A stretch of DNA of 64,000 nt from Candidatus Uhrbacteria bacterium (GCA_016215325.1 JACRJV010000007.1:3728-67727), one strand, 5' to 3'. Positions 53,946 to 63,324 are shown, counted from the stretch's first letter. Notes: generated by a model from the sequence alone, not told the origin. A program made the numbers and translations.

Positions 53946-54260
53946 TTATGCGGTCAGCGCTTGGATCAGCGTCTCTTTTGATTGAACGCCCCGCCATTGA
54001 GCAGTAACAGCGCCCTCTTTAAAAACAAACATGGTCGGTATGCTCATCACGCGATATCGCCCAGCGATTTTCTGCTCTTGGTCCACATCGATCTTGACGA
54101 CCTTGGCTTTGCCCGCCACCGCTTGCGCGATTTCGTCCAACACGGGCGCCATGATTTTGCACGGGCCGCACCAGGTGGCGTAGAATTCTACGAGAACGGG
54201 TATCGGGGAATTGAGCACCTCCTGTTGGAATTGTGCGCTCGTTATTGAAGAAATTGCCAT
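53946..54260 (-). CDS. trxA: Thioredoxin
   Basis: The WCGPCK active site is present. Confidence 0.9.
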   Translation of the reverse strand: MAISSITSAQFQQEVLNSPIPVLVEFYATWCGPCKIMAPVLDEIAQAVAGKAKVVKIDVDQEQKIAGRYRVMSIPTMFVFKEGAVTAQWRGVQSKETLIQALTA

Positions 54261-54426
54261 AATAATTCCAGCGTTTATCCGCGTTTATGCCCGCGACATT
54301 CCGCTTCTAAAAATAAAGTGCTCTCCCAGTGTACAAGAAACAAGGCGGGAGATCAATTGGCCATTGTGCCGTACAGATGATGGAACAATGCTCATTATTT
54401 TGCTAGTCTATGGATAGCATTTCCCT

Positions 54427-55575
54427 ATGTCTCAAGCACGCGAAAACCGTTGGCCAGCCGCTGGAGAATCGGGGCCAAAAGCAGAACAGCACGAACGAAT
54501 ACCTGCGCCACAATGGATGCAGGAATTGCTGTTGAACAAATCCCTGATCCCCTATTATGACTTTGGTACAGATCAAGAACAAACACTGCCGGCCGGTGTC
54601 TGTGCCCATCAGCTGATCGAAAAACAACGAGAGGTCCTTATCACTATTATCGGCAGTATCTTAGAGTGCTCCCGGACATTGGATCGGCAGACGGCAGCGC
54701 GCGCCGGCAATATTCTCCGGATTAATCGCATCGAGGACCTCAAAGATGTCTCCGTGACGATTGATGACGTGGTTGCTCTGCAGACAACGGATGCCCCGTG
54801 GCAGCAGCAAGCTCCGATCATCGCCCAACAGCTCCTGTCCCAGTGGTATCAGCGTTGTAATGCACAGCAGGGCGACATCACAGCATACATAGACTTTTTA
54901 ACAAACCTTCACACGCATCTGGAGGGGTCGCTGGCAAAATTGCGGAAAACACTGCCCAAACCGATACGCACGGACGCTACAAGAATAGAACAGCCAGAAT
55001 GGGAAACGCGGAAAAAATTTTTTGATGGCCTTCTTCCAGGAACCGAAATTAACATCGCTGGCGATCCGCCACTATACATGATCTACTCCGGCGTAGATGA
55101 TCCCCAACATCCAACGACGATTGTTGGGACGTATTGGCCAGAGGAAACAGTGTCGCTTAAAGAGGGGGGCTGGGTCACATCAAAAATCCCCGACCATGTC
55201 CGTGATCCCGGAAAATTTATTTCAACCGCCTTTCAAACCCCGGCGCCAGAAGACTTCTCCACCATCCAACGGGAGCAGTGGAGCAGCCATTGGTTCGACA
55301 CAACGGTGAACAACATTCGCATCCGGCTTGTGCGCACGATCGATGGGTATGCCATGCTTATTACCGACGCTACTGTCCCGGCCAAAAATCAAAAAGAAAC
55401 AAAGGATTTCCTGAAACTGTTTCCGCAGGCGTACGAGAGTAAAAAAATCCTGGAAGATTTTGAGTTCCTTGTTGACATGGCGCACCAAGGCAGTGACATC
55501 CAGGGGATGCGAGAAGCGCTCGAAGACTGCATAACATACGCGGCAGAAGAAACGCGCATCCAAAAACTGAACTAG
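54427..55575 (+). CDS. Hypothetical protein (382 aa)
   Basis: A long ORF followed by a strong terminator. I recognised no family. Confidence 0.5.
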   Translation: MSQARENRWPAAGESGPKAEQHERIPAPQWMQELLLNKSLIPYYDFGTDQEQTLPAGVCAHQLIEKQREVLITIIGSILECSRTLDRQTAARAGNILRINRIEDLKDVSVTIDDVVALQTTDAPWQQQAPIIAQQLLSQWYQRCNAQQGDITAYIDFLTNLHTHLEGSLAKLRKTLPKPIRTDATRIEQPEWETRKKFFDGLLPGTEINIAGDPPLYMIYSGVDDPQHPTTIVGTYWPEETVSLKEGGWVTSKIPDHVRDPGKFISTAFQTPAPEDFSTIQREQWSSHWFDTTVNNIRIRLVRTIDGYAMLITDATVPAKNQKETKDFLKLFPQAYESKKILEDFEFLVDMAHQGSDIQGMREALEDCITYAAEETRIQKLN

Positions 55576-55582
55576 CGGCACC

Positions 55583-55618
55583 AAAAAGCATCTGCGTCCA
55601 GCACGCAAGATGCTTTTT
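55583..55618. terminator. Bidirectional intrinsic terminator
   Basis: The hairpin reads AAAAAGCATCT-GCGTCCAGCACGCA-AGATGCTTTTT. Confidence 0.75.
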
Positions 55619-55637
55619 GATTTGATGATACTGGACT

Positions 55638-57497
55638 CTATCGTGGCATCGGCGAACGATCAGAAGCCTCTAAGAACCCAAGGACGTGGGAACGATATTT
55701 ATTGTAGAAGAATGCGGCCAGCAGCAAGATCACTCCAAGGCTTAAAAACGATGCGATCCGATATCCTTGGCTTAGTGAAAATGCGTCAAACAAGAACACT
55801 TTGAAGATTGCAATCGCAAAAAATGCGCTTGCCAAGATCCGAAGGTTCCGTTTTTTAAGAGCAATCCCGGGCACCACCAGCGCGATACCATAGAGGATGA
55901 ACAAAAGCGACTTGAGGTAATCACGCGCGCTCCAAAGAGATCGTTCGCTCCCACGATCCACAGATCGCAACGTAAAGTAATTATCCACTTGCCGCAGGAA
56001 GAACCAAAGCAACGTACAATGGCTCACCACTTCCAGTGCGTCGGACGCGCTATTCTCCCAATCCAAGCGCGGGCCTTGGAATTTTTTATAGAGCCACGCG
56101 GACGCGCTCGTCGAAGCAACAGTCAACAGCGCCACCAACGTAAGTTCATTAAAGAAGAACTGCGTTGTTTCAAACCCGAAGATATCAATAAACAGTAACC
56201 GGAACACGCTCATCGTAAGCAATCCCAGCCCCCACATCCGCACACCAGTCATTTGTTGCATCAGCCCAACCGAGAGCACATACGTCCCCACAATCGCCCA
56301 GCTCATCGTTACCCAGTGCTGGTCAAATTGGACCGGGATCGCGATCGCGACAAAAAAGAGTGCTAGATGTTGGAGCGCCCGAACAACCAAACTGGCAACG
56401 GCGGCGGATGAGTGGGCAACGATCGCGGCCACCGCAAACACAGCGGAAAGTGCAAATGTCCAGGCGCCCGTCGCGGCAGGGTATACTTCTTCGATCATGG
56501 CATAACTCGCCGCGTAGTAGAGGAGTGCGCTGATGGCGATACTCAATGCCATTGCGCCATCAGCTTGCTTATCGTCGTGTGGCTGGAATGATTTGTAGGT
56601 AATCGCACTGGCAACCACCGTGATGGCATAGAGCGCAATGGTGACCATAGTCGGCCAAAACAAGGCAGTAGTATAGCGATCAAGCCAGGAGCCAATGAGC
56701 AATAAAGATCCAACGGTGGTCACGACAATCAATTCTTTCCAGCCATATCGCAGCATGACAAGATGCAGCCCCCACAGTACGGCTAACCCATAGAATAACG
56801 GGAAGTACAATAGATCCCCGCCGCTTAACAGCAGCGGGCTCAAATACGCGCCAACGCTGCCGATAATGGCGACCGCAATAGCGCGATGGATTGCCGAAAG
56901 CCCGAGCGTGATCGCTACGCAGGCGGAAAGCAGGATATACGCAATTTCAAGGCCGACAAGATGATAAAACCCATACGCCGCATAAAACGTGAGGTACAGG
57001 AGCGCACTGCCTCCGCCAATGAGGGCCTGGCCGTAATTCTTGTAGCGCGCAGACCAGTGCGAGCCCATTGCCATAAGGCAGAACGACCCCACCGCGCCCA
57101 ATCCGACGCGCGCTACCGGCGGCACCCAGTTGTTATCAAAAGCGAATTTGAGAAATAGTCCTGCGCCAATCAACAACGCAACTAGCCCGATGTATACCAA
57201 TCCCTTCACGCTAAACAACTCCTCCCACCAATTCCAGGAAGAAGCATGCTCTGGAGCCGCAGAAGCGGGAGGAATCGGCGGGGGTTCATTCCGCTCTTGT
57301 GGGTGGTGTGCGGGGGCATTCTGTGGGCGCGGGATCGGGATGGGAATGGCTGGCGTTGGCGTCGACGCTGCTGCCAGCGCTTCTTGGATCTGATCGAATT
57401 TCCATCCAGCGCCGAGTAACTCAGAGACGATTGTCTCTGTACTCACTTGAGTACGCATTCGTTCTTGAATGTATCGACGAAGCTCGGATGGGGTCAT
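55638..57497 (-). CDS. Large polytopic membrane protein (DUF2339-like)
   Basis: The N-terminal cytoplasmic segment is ...TETIVSELLGAGWKFDQIQEAL... A Pro-rich linker and about 18 TM helices follow. Confidence 0.5.
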   Translation of the reverse strand: MTPSELRRYIQERMRTQVSTETIVSELLGAGWKFDQIQEALAAASTPTPAIPIPIPRPQNAPAHHPQERNEPPPIPPASAAPEHASSWNWWEELFSVKGLVYIGLVALLIGAGLFLKFAFDNNWVPPVARVGLGAVGSFCLMAMGSHWSARYKNYGQALIGGGSALLYLTFYAAYGFYHLVGLEIAYILLSACVAITLGLSAIHRAIAVAIIGSVGAYLSPLLLSGGDLLYFPLFYGLAVLWGLHLVMLRYGWKELIVVTTVGSLLLIGSWLDRYTTALFWPTMVTIALYAITVVASAITYKSFQPHDDKQADGAMALSIAISALLYYAASYAMIEEVYPAATGAWTFALSAVFAVAAIVAHSSAAVASLVVRALQHLALFFVAIAIPVQFDQHWVTMSWAIVGTYVLSVGLMQQMTGVRMWGLGLLTMSVFRLLFIDIFGFETTQFFFNELTLVALLTVASTSASAWLYKKFQGPRLDWENSASDALEVVSHCTLLWFFLRQVDNYFTLRSVDRGSERSLWSARDYLKSLLFILYGIALVVPGIALKKRNLRILASAFFAIAIFKVFLFDAFSLSQGYRIASFLSLGVILLLAAFFYNKYRSHVLGFLEASDRSPMPR

Positions 57498-57513
57498 ATA
57501 TTGGGGGATAAAT

Positions 57514-57543
57514 AAACCGTCCCGATGGTCATCGGGACGGTTT
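57514..57543. terminator. Bidirectional intrinsic terminator
   Basis: The hairpin reads AAACCGTCCCGATG-GTC-ATCGGGACGGTTT. Confidence 0.8.
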
Positions 57544-57550
57544 CGTATTG

Positions 57551-57730
57551 TTACACTTTGTCTGAACCTTGTTCAGGACCTTTTTGGTGAAGCATTGGAG
57601 CTGGCGTAAACTCGTCCTTCCATTCTTTTTCCTTTTCGCCCTTTGCCTCTGGAGGTTTCTCAGAACCTTTCTGCTCCATAAACTTCGCGGGTTCCACCGA
57701 CTCCGCCCACGGTTTTGGCCCTTCTGGCAT
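57551..57730 (-). CDS. Possible small Lys/Glu-rich protein (59 aa)
   Basis: The sequence is MPEGPKPWAESVEPAKFMEQKGSEKPPEAKGEKEKEWKDEFTPAPMLHQKGPEQGSDKV. Its stop lies 8 nt upstream of a perfect terminator. Confidence 0.3.
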   Translation of the reverse strand: MPEGPKPWAESVEPAKFMEQKGSEKPPEAKGEKEKEWKDEFTPAPMLHQKGPEQGSDKV

Positions 57731-57858
57731 AGAAATAAAACATTAATAATAATTTGTTTTTGTTTTTTAATTACTCTCATTATAGCATAAATTTTTCCAA
57801 AAAGCAAGCCGCCCGGATTTCTCCGAGCGGTGTTGTTCACTGTTTCTTATTCACTGAC

Positions 57859-60825
57859 CTACGAGCACCCGCTGGTGCTGCCGCATTCCATGCACTTGTA
57901 GCACGCGCCGTTTCTCACCATCATACTGCCGCATTCTGCGCAGAGCTCTGCGTCGCGCTGGTTCTGGAAGGTGAATATGAGCCCATTGCCGACCTTGACC
58001 GGCGCTTGCGTGGGTTGAGCGGTGGACGCCACCGGCGCAACCTCGGCCGAGGCGCTCACCATTGGCATAGGCGCGGCGGCAGACGGGTTCACTTCGCTGG
58101 GGGTTGGCAGCGTCTGCTGTTCATTTTTCTGCGCAATCATCGCATGCACATGCGCGGCCTCTTCGGGGCTTAAAAATTTTACCGCAAGCCACCGGAAGAT
58201 GTAATCCATGATCGATTTAACCATGGGGATTTGCTTATTGCCAGTAAACCCACTTGGCTCAAACCGCATGTACGTGAATTTGTCTACCAACACTTGGAGC
58301 GGTACGCCATATTGCAGGTTCAAACTCACGCTCGTTGCAAACGCATCCATGATTCCCGAAATCGTTGATCCTTCTTTGCTCATCGTAATGAAGAGTTCCC
58401 CCGGCCGGCCGTCTTCGTAGAGCCCGACCGTGATGTACCCTTCATGCCCACTGATCGTGAACTTGTGTGTGAGCGCTTGGCGTTCATCCGGGAGTTTCTT
58501 GCGCTGCGGTTGGAACACCACCCATTGCTCTGCTTGTTTTGCGCCCTCTTTTTTACTGCCATCTTCTTTGCCGGTATTTAAGGGCTGCGTCCGCTTGCTA
58601 CCATCGCGGTAGATCGCGAGTGCCTTAAGGCCCGCTTTCCAGCCTTGGATATAAGCATCCATGATCTCTTCAATGGTGGAATGCTCTGGCATGTTCACGG
58701 TCTTAGAAATTGCGCCGCTAATAAACGGCTGGGCAGCCGCCATCATGCGGATGTGCCCCAGGTGGTGAATGCTGCGGCTCCCATTCTTGGGCTTAAAGGC
58801 GCAATCAAAGACGGACAAATGTTCGGGCTTAAGCTCTGGCGCACCTTCAATCGTATCGTTATGATCGATGAATTCAATAATCGATCGGACTTGTTCTGGC
58901 GTGTAGCCAAGGTGCTTGAGCGCGTTGGGGACCGTACGGTTGACAATCTTCATGTATCCGCCGCCCACGAGTTTTTTGTATTTGACCAGCGCAATATCCG
59001 GCTCAATGCCGGTGGTATCGCAATCCATCATAAACGCGATCGTCCCAGTAGGCGCAATCACCGTGACTTGCCCGTTGCGCGAACCCCACCGCTCGGTAAA
59101 GTCAATCACATCATCCCACGCGCGCACGCTCTCGCGGCTCAAGTCTGATGGAATCAACGCATGATTGATCGCGTCTACTGCCTTGCGGTGCTGTCGCATG
59201 ACGCGCATGTATGGTTCTTTATTCGCGGCGTATCCTTCAAATGTTCCCACATGTTTGGCCATCAATGCGGATTGACGGTTGGCAATGCCGGTCATGATCG
59301 CGGTCAGTGCCCCGCACCACGCGCGGCCCTCATCAGAATCATACGCAACTCCGCGTTCCATGAGCAACGCCCCGAGATTGGCGTACCCTAACCCCAATGG
59401 CCGGAATTTGTAGGAATTTTCCGCGATCTTTGGCGTGGGGTAGCTGGCATTGTCAACAATAATCTCTTGAGCGGTAATGAGAATCTCAATCGCATGCTTA
59501 TAGAGCTCGGCGTCGAATGATCCGTCTCCGCGTTTGAACTTGAGCAAATTAATCGACGCAAGGTTGCAGGCGCTGTCATTCAGGTACATGTATTCCGAGC
59601 AAGGATTGGATGCATGGATTCGGTCGGTGTTAATGCTCGTGTGCCAATTGTTGATCGTGGTGTCATATTGCATGCCGGGATCCCCGCAAATATAGGTGGA
59701 CTCGGCGATTTTCCATAACACTTCGCGCGCTTGGAATGTTTCCATCGCTGCCCCGCCCTTCACGGCTTTGGTCGACCATGTGCCATTTTGCTCCACGGCA
59801 TTCATAAACTCGTCTGTGACGCGCACGCTATGATTGGCGTTCTGGAAGAACACAGAAGTATACGCCTCGCCGTCGATGGCTCCGTTATATCCCGAATCAA
59901 TCAGTGACCATGCCTTCTTTTCTTCTTTGGATTTTGACTGAATAAAGTCCATGATGTCCGGGTGCCCGACATCCAAGATCACCATCTTTGCCGCGCGCCG
60001 TGTTTTGCCTCCGGATTTGATAACGCCGGCAAACGCATCAAATCCTTTCATAAAACTCACCGGCCCCGATGCCGTCCCGCCGCCGCTTAACTTTTCTTTG
60101 CTCGATCGAATCGTTGAAAAATTTGTTCCGGTCCCAGATCCGAATTTAAACAACATCCCTTCCGTCTTGGCCAAACTCAAAATCGAATCCATGGTGTCAT
60201 CCACCGAGTTGATAAAGCAGGCAGAACACTGTGGGCGGGAATAGTCGTCTTCCGACATCTTTACCATCTGCTCTTGTTGGCTCCAATAATATCGCCCGGC
60301 GCCGGAGCCTGTATCATAACGATGCACGCCGCAGTTAAACCATACCGGCGAGTTGAAGCTCGCGTATTGGTTGATAAGGATCGAAGTTAATTCTGCATAA
60401 AACGTTTCCCCATCGTCATCGCTGGCAAAGTAGCGCGATCGCTTGCCCCAATCGGTAATCGTTCGACTCACGCGGTCAATAAGTTGTTTTGCCGATGTTT
60501 CCCGTTTGTTTTTCTCCAAATCCCCATAAAAATATTTACTGGCCACAATGTTAGTGGCATTCTGGCTCCAAAACGAGGGGACTTCCACATCATGCTGTTC
60601 AAAAATCGTTTTTCCGCTCATGTCGGTGATCGAAGCGGTACGCTTCTCCCAGGCAATAGAATCAAACGGGTGTTGGCCCAGACGAGTCAATACACGCTGG
60701 AATTGGAGCCCTGCAGGCAGCGATTCCGACACAAGCACTGCTTGCAAATCGTTAAACTCGGACGATGGTTTTGCGGCCATTGCCTCCTTTTGTTTGAGGC
60801 CAACGGAAGGGGAAGAAGGGGTCAT
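57859..60825 (-). CDS. nrdJ: Adenosylcobalamin-dependent (class II) ribonucleotide reductase
   Basis: This 988-aa protein carries ...NPCSEYMYLNDSACNLASINL... and a C-terminal zinc-ribbon CAECGSMMVRNGACYKCMECGSTSGCS. Confidence 0.9.
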   Translation of the reverse strand: MTPSSPSVGLKQKEAMAAKPSSEFNDLQAVLVSESLPAGLQFQRVLTRLGQHPFDSIAWEKRTASITDMSGKTIFEQHDVEVPSFWSQNATNIVASKYFYGDLEKNKRETSAKQLIDRVSRTITDWGKRSRYFASDDDGETFYAELTSILINQYASFNSPVWFNCGVHRYDTGSGAGRYYWSQQEQMVKMSEDDYSRPQCSACFINSVDDTMDSILSLAKTEGMLFKFGSGTGTNFSTIRSSKEKLSGGGTASGPVSFMKGFDAFAGVIKSGGKTRRAAKMVILDVGHPDIMDFIQSKSKEEKKAWSLIDSGYNGAIDGEAYTSVFFQNANHSVRVTDEFMNAVEQNGTWSTKAVKGGAAMETFQAREVLWKIAESTYICGDPGMQYDTTINNWHTSINTDRIHASNPCSEYMYLNDSACNLASINLLKFKRGDGSFDAELYKHAIEILITAQEIIVDNASYPTPKIAENSYKFRPLGLGYANLGALLMERGVAYDSDEGRAWCGALTAIMTGIANRQSALMAKHVGTFEGYAANKEPYMRVMRQHRKAVDAINHALIPSDLSRESVRAWDDVIDFTERWGSRNGQVTVIAPTGTIAFMMDCDTTGIEPDIALVKYKKLVGGGYMKIVNRTVPNALKHLGYTPEQVRSIIEFIDHNDTIEGAPELKPEHLSVFDCAFKPKNGSRSIHHLGHIRMMAAAQPFISGAISKTVNMPEHSTIEEIMDAYIQGWKAGLKALAIYRDGSKRTQPLNTGKEDGSKKEGAKQAEQWVVFQPQRKKLPDERQALTHKFTISGHEGYITVGLYEDGRPGELFITMSKEGSTISGIMDAFATSVSLNLQYGVPLQVLVDKFTYMRFEPSGFTGNKQIPMVKSIMDYIFRWLAVKFLSPEEAAHVHAMIAQKNEQQTLPTPSEVNPSAAAPMPMVSASAEVAPVASTAQPTQAPVKVGNGLIFTFQNQRDAELCAECGSMMVRNGACYKCMECGSTSGCS

Positions 60826-60895
60826 AAAATAAGGTAAGTAGGGATTAGCTTGTGGCTTGTAGGCATCCTACCAGCTACAAGCTAATGCCTATTTC

Positions 60896-61399
60896 CTAAC
60901 GAGCAGCCACTTTCTGTTTTTTCCCTATATTAAGCTCTAATAATGCCTTTTGGAACGCTCCTAAGTCCTGGAATGACTGGTAGACAGAAGCAAATCTCAG
61001 ATACGCAACCGCATCAAAGCGTTTGAGCGCTTTCATGACAATTTCCCCGATAATTCTCGATTCTATTTCGCGCCGTGGGGGGGCGTCCTCTCGGGAAACG
61101 ACTTTCGCTTTCACCGCAATATCGCGCTCGATGCGATGAATGAGACCGTTTACTTTTGCTGGCGTAGTTGGAAGTTTTTCGAGCGACCGCAGGATCCCGC
61201 CTTCCAATTTTTCTCGAGAATATTCTTCTTCGTGCCCATCGCGCTTCTTCACAATAATGTCCAGGAGTTCCATTTCTTCGTAGGTGCTAAAACGGAACAT
61301 GCATCGCCGGCAATTTCGTCGCCGACGAATTGCCCGCCCGTCGTGGATTTCACGAGAGTCTAGCACGCGGGTATCAGCAGCAGCGCAGACAGGACACTT
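60896..61399 (-). CDS. nrdR: Transcriptional repressor NrdR. The ORF is open to 61459.
   Basis: The sequence begins MKCPVCAAADTRVLDSR...CRRCMFRF (a zinc ribbon) and is followed by an ATP-cone. Confidence 0.9.
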   Translation of the reverse strand, partial: KCPVCAAADTRVLDSREIHDGRAIRRRRNCRRCMFRFSTYEEMELLDIIVKKRDGHEEEYSREKLEGGILRSLEKLPTTPAKVNGLIHRIERDIAVKAKVVSREDAPPRREIESRIIGEIVMKALKRFDAVAYLRFASVYQSFQDLGAFQKALLELNIGKKQKVAAR

Positions 61400-61526
61400 C
61401 ATACGGTATGAGTACGAATCGATCCGAATCACGCCCAAATAAATCCTAATGACATTCACGCGAGATTTGGTTCTATTCGATGTTCAGATTCGGATCAGTT
61501 TGTACTACTCTCACTTATGCACACTA

Positions 61527-61560
61527 CACTATATATAGTAGTGACAAATATTATTATACC
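61527..61560 (-). promoter_or_regulatory. NrdR-box-like palindrome plus an extended -10 upstream of nrdR-nrdJ
   Basis: TACACTATATATAGTAGTG has a 12-bp perfect palindromic core, ACTATATATAGT. Immediately downstream on the minus strand is TGGTATAAT, an extended -10. Confidence 0.5.
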
Positions 61561-61793
61561 ACCACATAGAGAATGAGAAAATACTTTGTCAAGAGGTGCT
61601 TGTGGTGATATTTATTTGGTAATTCCACGTTCGGACATTCTGATTGAGAATTGAGCAATGGAGATGAGTGGATAGGCGCCACACCAAGAGACTCTTCGGG
61701 TCAACATTTCAGAATGACGATCAATCGTCGGTGTGCGTTGTAATTTTTTTTTTCTTGACAGCGCATCCCATCGACGGTGTATGTTTACCATAG

Positions 61794-62120
61794 GTGAACT
61801 CATTTATTTTTTACTCCATTTCTATGACAGAGGGGATGAATAATCTCGAAGCAGTGCCAACGGAAAAATTGAAGCAGGATCTCCAGCGAGTATTGGAAAA
61901 ATTGGAGAGCTTTGCAAAAAGTTCGGTTCTAACGCAAATTACCCATTTTGATGAAGGACATGCTCTTTTGGAAAAGAGGGTCGAGTTAGTGGACAAGATG
62001 ATTGAAGTAGAGAGCGACCCGGCTATTCGTGAGGGGTTGCTCACCCAAAAACGCATGCTTAATAATACGTTGAGTTGGAGCGTTATTGCTCAAAAAATTA
62101 AAGATGTGCTTTTCGAGTAA
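61794..62120 (+). CDS. Hypothetical helical protein. The start is possibly the internal MNNLEAVP preceded by AGAGGGG.
   Basis: An ORF with no recognised family. Confidence 0.45.
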   Translation: MNSFIFYSISMTEGMNNLEAVPTEKLKQDLQRVLEKLESFAKSSVLTQITHFDEGHALLEKRVELVDKMIEVESDPAIREGLLTQKRMLNNTLSWSVIAQKIKDVLFE

Positions 62121-62319
62121 TAAAACACCGCTTTCCGAGCTTTGAATTACGGAACTCCATTTTTGCCATCCTCGGGTCACTCCGCCCGCGGGCGGTGGCC
62201 AATCAGAGCCTGCCCCGCACATGATACGGGGTCGGGAATGACAAATGGTGGGTTTCGTAAATCACCGATGCGTTTGCAATATTTATTGGGATTTCTTCAT
62301 TTCTTCTGTTCAAAAACCG

Positions 62320-62352
62320 CCCCGATGCACATCGGGGCGGTTTTACAATCTT
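62320..62352. terminator. Intrinsic terminator immediately 3' of tRNA-Ala(GGC)
   Basis: The hairpin reads AAAAACCGCCCCGATG-CAC-ATCGGGGCGGTTTTAC. Confidence 0.8.
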
Positions 62353-62354
62353 TT

Positions 62355-62430
62355 TGGTGGACCCTACCGGGATCGAACCGGTTACCTCTTCCATGCCATG
62401 GAAGCGCTCTACCAAATGAGCTAAGGGCCC
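62355..62430 (-). tRNA. tRNA-Ala (anticodon GGC), with CCA encoded
   Basis: The sequence is GGGCCCT-TA-GCTC-ATTTGGT-AGAGC-G-CTTCC-ATGGCAT-GGAAG-AGGTA-ACCGG-TTCGATC-CCGGT-AGGGTCC-A-CCA. The G3:U70 Ala identity pair is present. Confidence 0.85.
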
Positions 62431-62450
62431 CTTTTTCTAATAACTTCGAT

Positions 62451-62474
62451 AAATTGTTCCACGTGGAACAATTT
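62451..62474. repeat. Copy 1 of the 22-bp perfect palindrome AATTGTTCCACGTGGAACAATT
   Basis: It lies 21 nt upstream of the tRNA-Ala(GGC) 5' end and 17 nt downstream of the stop of the 82-aa gene. Confidence 0.8.
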
Positions 62475-62490
62475 GACGAGTTGTATGCTC

Positions 62491-62739
62491 TTATTTGATC
62501 AATTTTTGGACTGCTTGTTGCCATTTTTTGAACGCCTCTGTAGTCGCTGCACTCGCCGCCGTGATCCGCTGCTCGTATTCATTAAATGCAGCCCTGTGGG
62601 CTTCTGTAGTATCACATTGTTCAAACCGATCTTCAAACTCCTTCAAAATAGCTCGCTCCTTATCTGACACACCAAGGTAATCATCCCAGAGTTGCCTTAT
62701 TTCGTCTTCTGGTGTGGGCATCTTGGGTTCAAAATCCAT
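62491..62739 (-). CDS. Small acidic helical protein (82 aa), hypothetical
   Basis: The sequence is MDFEPKMPTPEDEIRQLWDDYLGVSDKERAILKEFEDRFEQ... It is flanked by palindrome copies 1 and 2. Confidence 0.45.
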   Translation of the reverse strand: MDFEPKMPTPEDEIRQLWDDYLGVSDKERAILKEFEDRFEQCDTTEAHRAAFNEYEQRITAASAATTEAFKKWQQAVQKLIK

Positions 62740-62756
62740 AGACTATGAATTTCTAC

Positions 62757-62804
62757 AAATTGTTCCACATGCCTGCCTGCCTGCCGGTAGGCAGGGAACA
62801 ATTT
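62757..62804. repeat. Copy 2 of the palindrome, with a 27-bp nested hairpin inserted at its centre
   Basis: AAATTGTTCCAC-ATGCCTGCCTGCCTGCCGGTAGGCAGG-GAACAATTT. It lies 18 nt upstream of the 82-aa gene's ATG. Confidence 0.75.
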
Positions 62805-62974
62805 GCTGCGGGGTAGAAACAATTCCAAGATCATTTCGACTTCTTAAACATTTTTCTATGATTACTCACTATTCCCTACCCATCCCTCTAAGTGTTCTTG
62901 CCCAAAAGTCAACAAATCCGCTAACCGACAATGGGGGATATAGGTGGATAAGCTGTGGACTAACAATGGATAAC

Positions 62975-63058
62975 CTTCCTACCTTCGCCATTGGACCTAG
63001 GCAGAATCTCCGCCAGAGGCGGATCAGCCCTTGGCTGAGAACCCTCTGATCAAGGCCT
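62975..63058 (-). other. tRNA-Ala 3'-end fragment. The 18-bp direct repeat TTGGACCTAGGCAGAATC is shared with the intact gene.
   Basis: It contains the tRNA-Ala(CGC) T-arm/acceptor 3' sequence but has no matching 5' half. Confidence 0.4.
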
Positions 63059-63129
63059 TGGACCTAGGCAGAATCGAACTGCCGCCTCCGCAATGCGAAT
63101 GCGGCGTACTACCACTGTACTATAGGCCC
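63059..63129 (-). tRNA. tRNA-Ala (anticodon CGC)
   Basis: The sequence is GGGCCTA-TA-GTAC-AGTGGTA-GTAC-G-CCGCA-TTCGCAT-TGCGG-AGGC-GGCAG-TTCGATT-CTGCC-TAGGTCC-A. G3:U70 is present. CCA is not encoded. Confidence 0.8.
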
Positions 63130-63142
63130 AAGGCCTTGACCT

Positions 63143-63192
63143 GAATAATGCTCAATGCGAATGCGATGTTCTACCACTGGACCATAGGCCCG
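63143..63192 (-). pseudogene. Degenerate 5' half of a tRNA-Ala copy
   Basis: GGGCCTATGGTCCAGTGGTAGAACATCGCATTCGCATTGAGC matches the first ~42 nt of the neighbouring tRNA-Ala. After that it diverges and no T-arm is present. Confidence 0.45.
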
Positions 63193-63218
63193 AAGGCCAA
63201 AGCTGGCAGGCGCGCTTT

Positions 63219-63243
63219 AAATTGTTCCACGTGGAACAATTTT
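63219..63243. repeat. Copy 3 of the 22-bp palindrome
   Basis: AAATTGTTCCACGTGGAACAATTT is followed by a T-run. Confidence 0.8.
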
Positions 63244-63324
63244 TCATCCGATTTTGTAATCAATACGCATTTATAACACTTTTTATCTAAATTTGTCAAT
63301 TTCATGTTATAATATATTATTTTC

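Noticed and set aside
62925-62965. Cluster of three DnaA-box-like 9-mers (GTGGATAAG, TGTGGACTA, ATGGATAAC), a possible oriC
   Set aside because: Each box has one or two mismatches to TTATCCACA. There is no dnaA/dnaN nearby, no AT-rich unwinding element next to the boxes, and only three sites. This is most likely chance.
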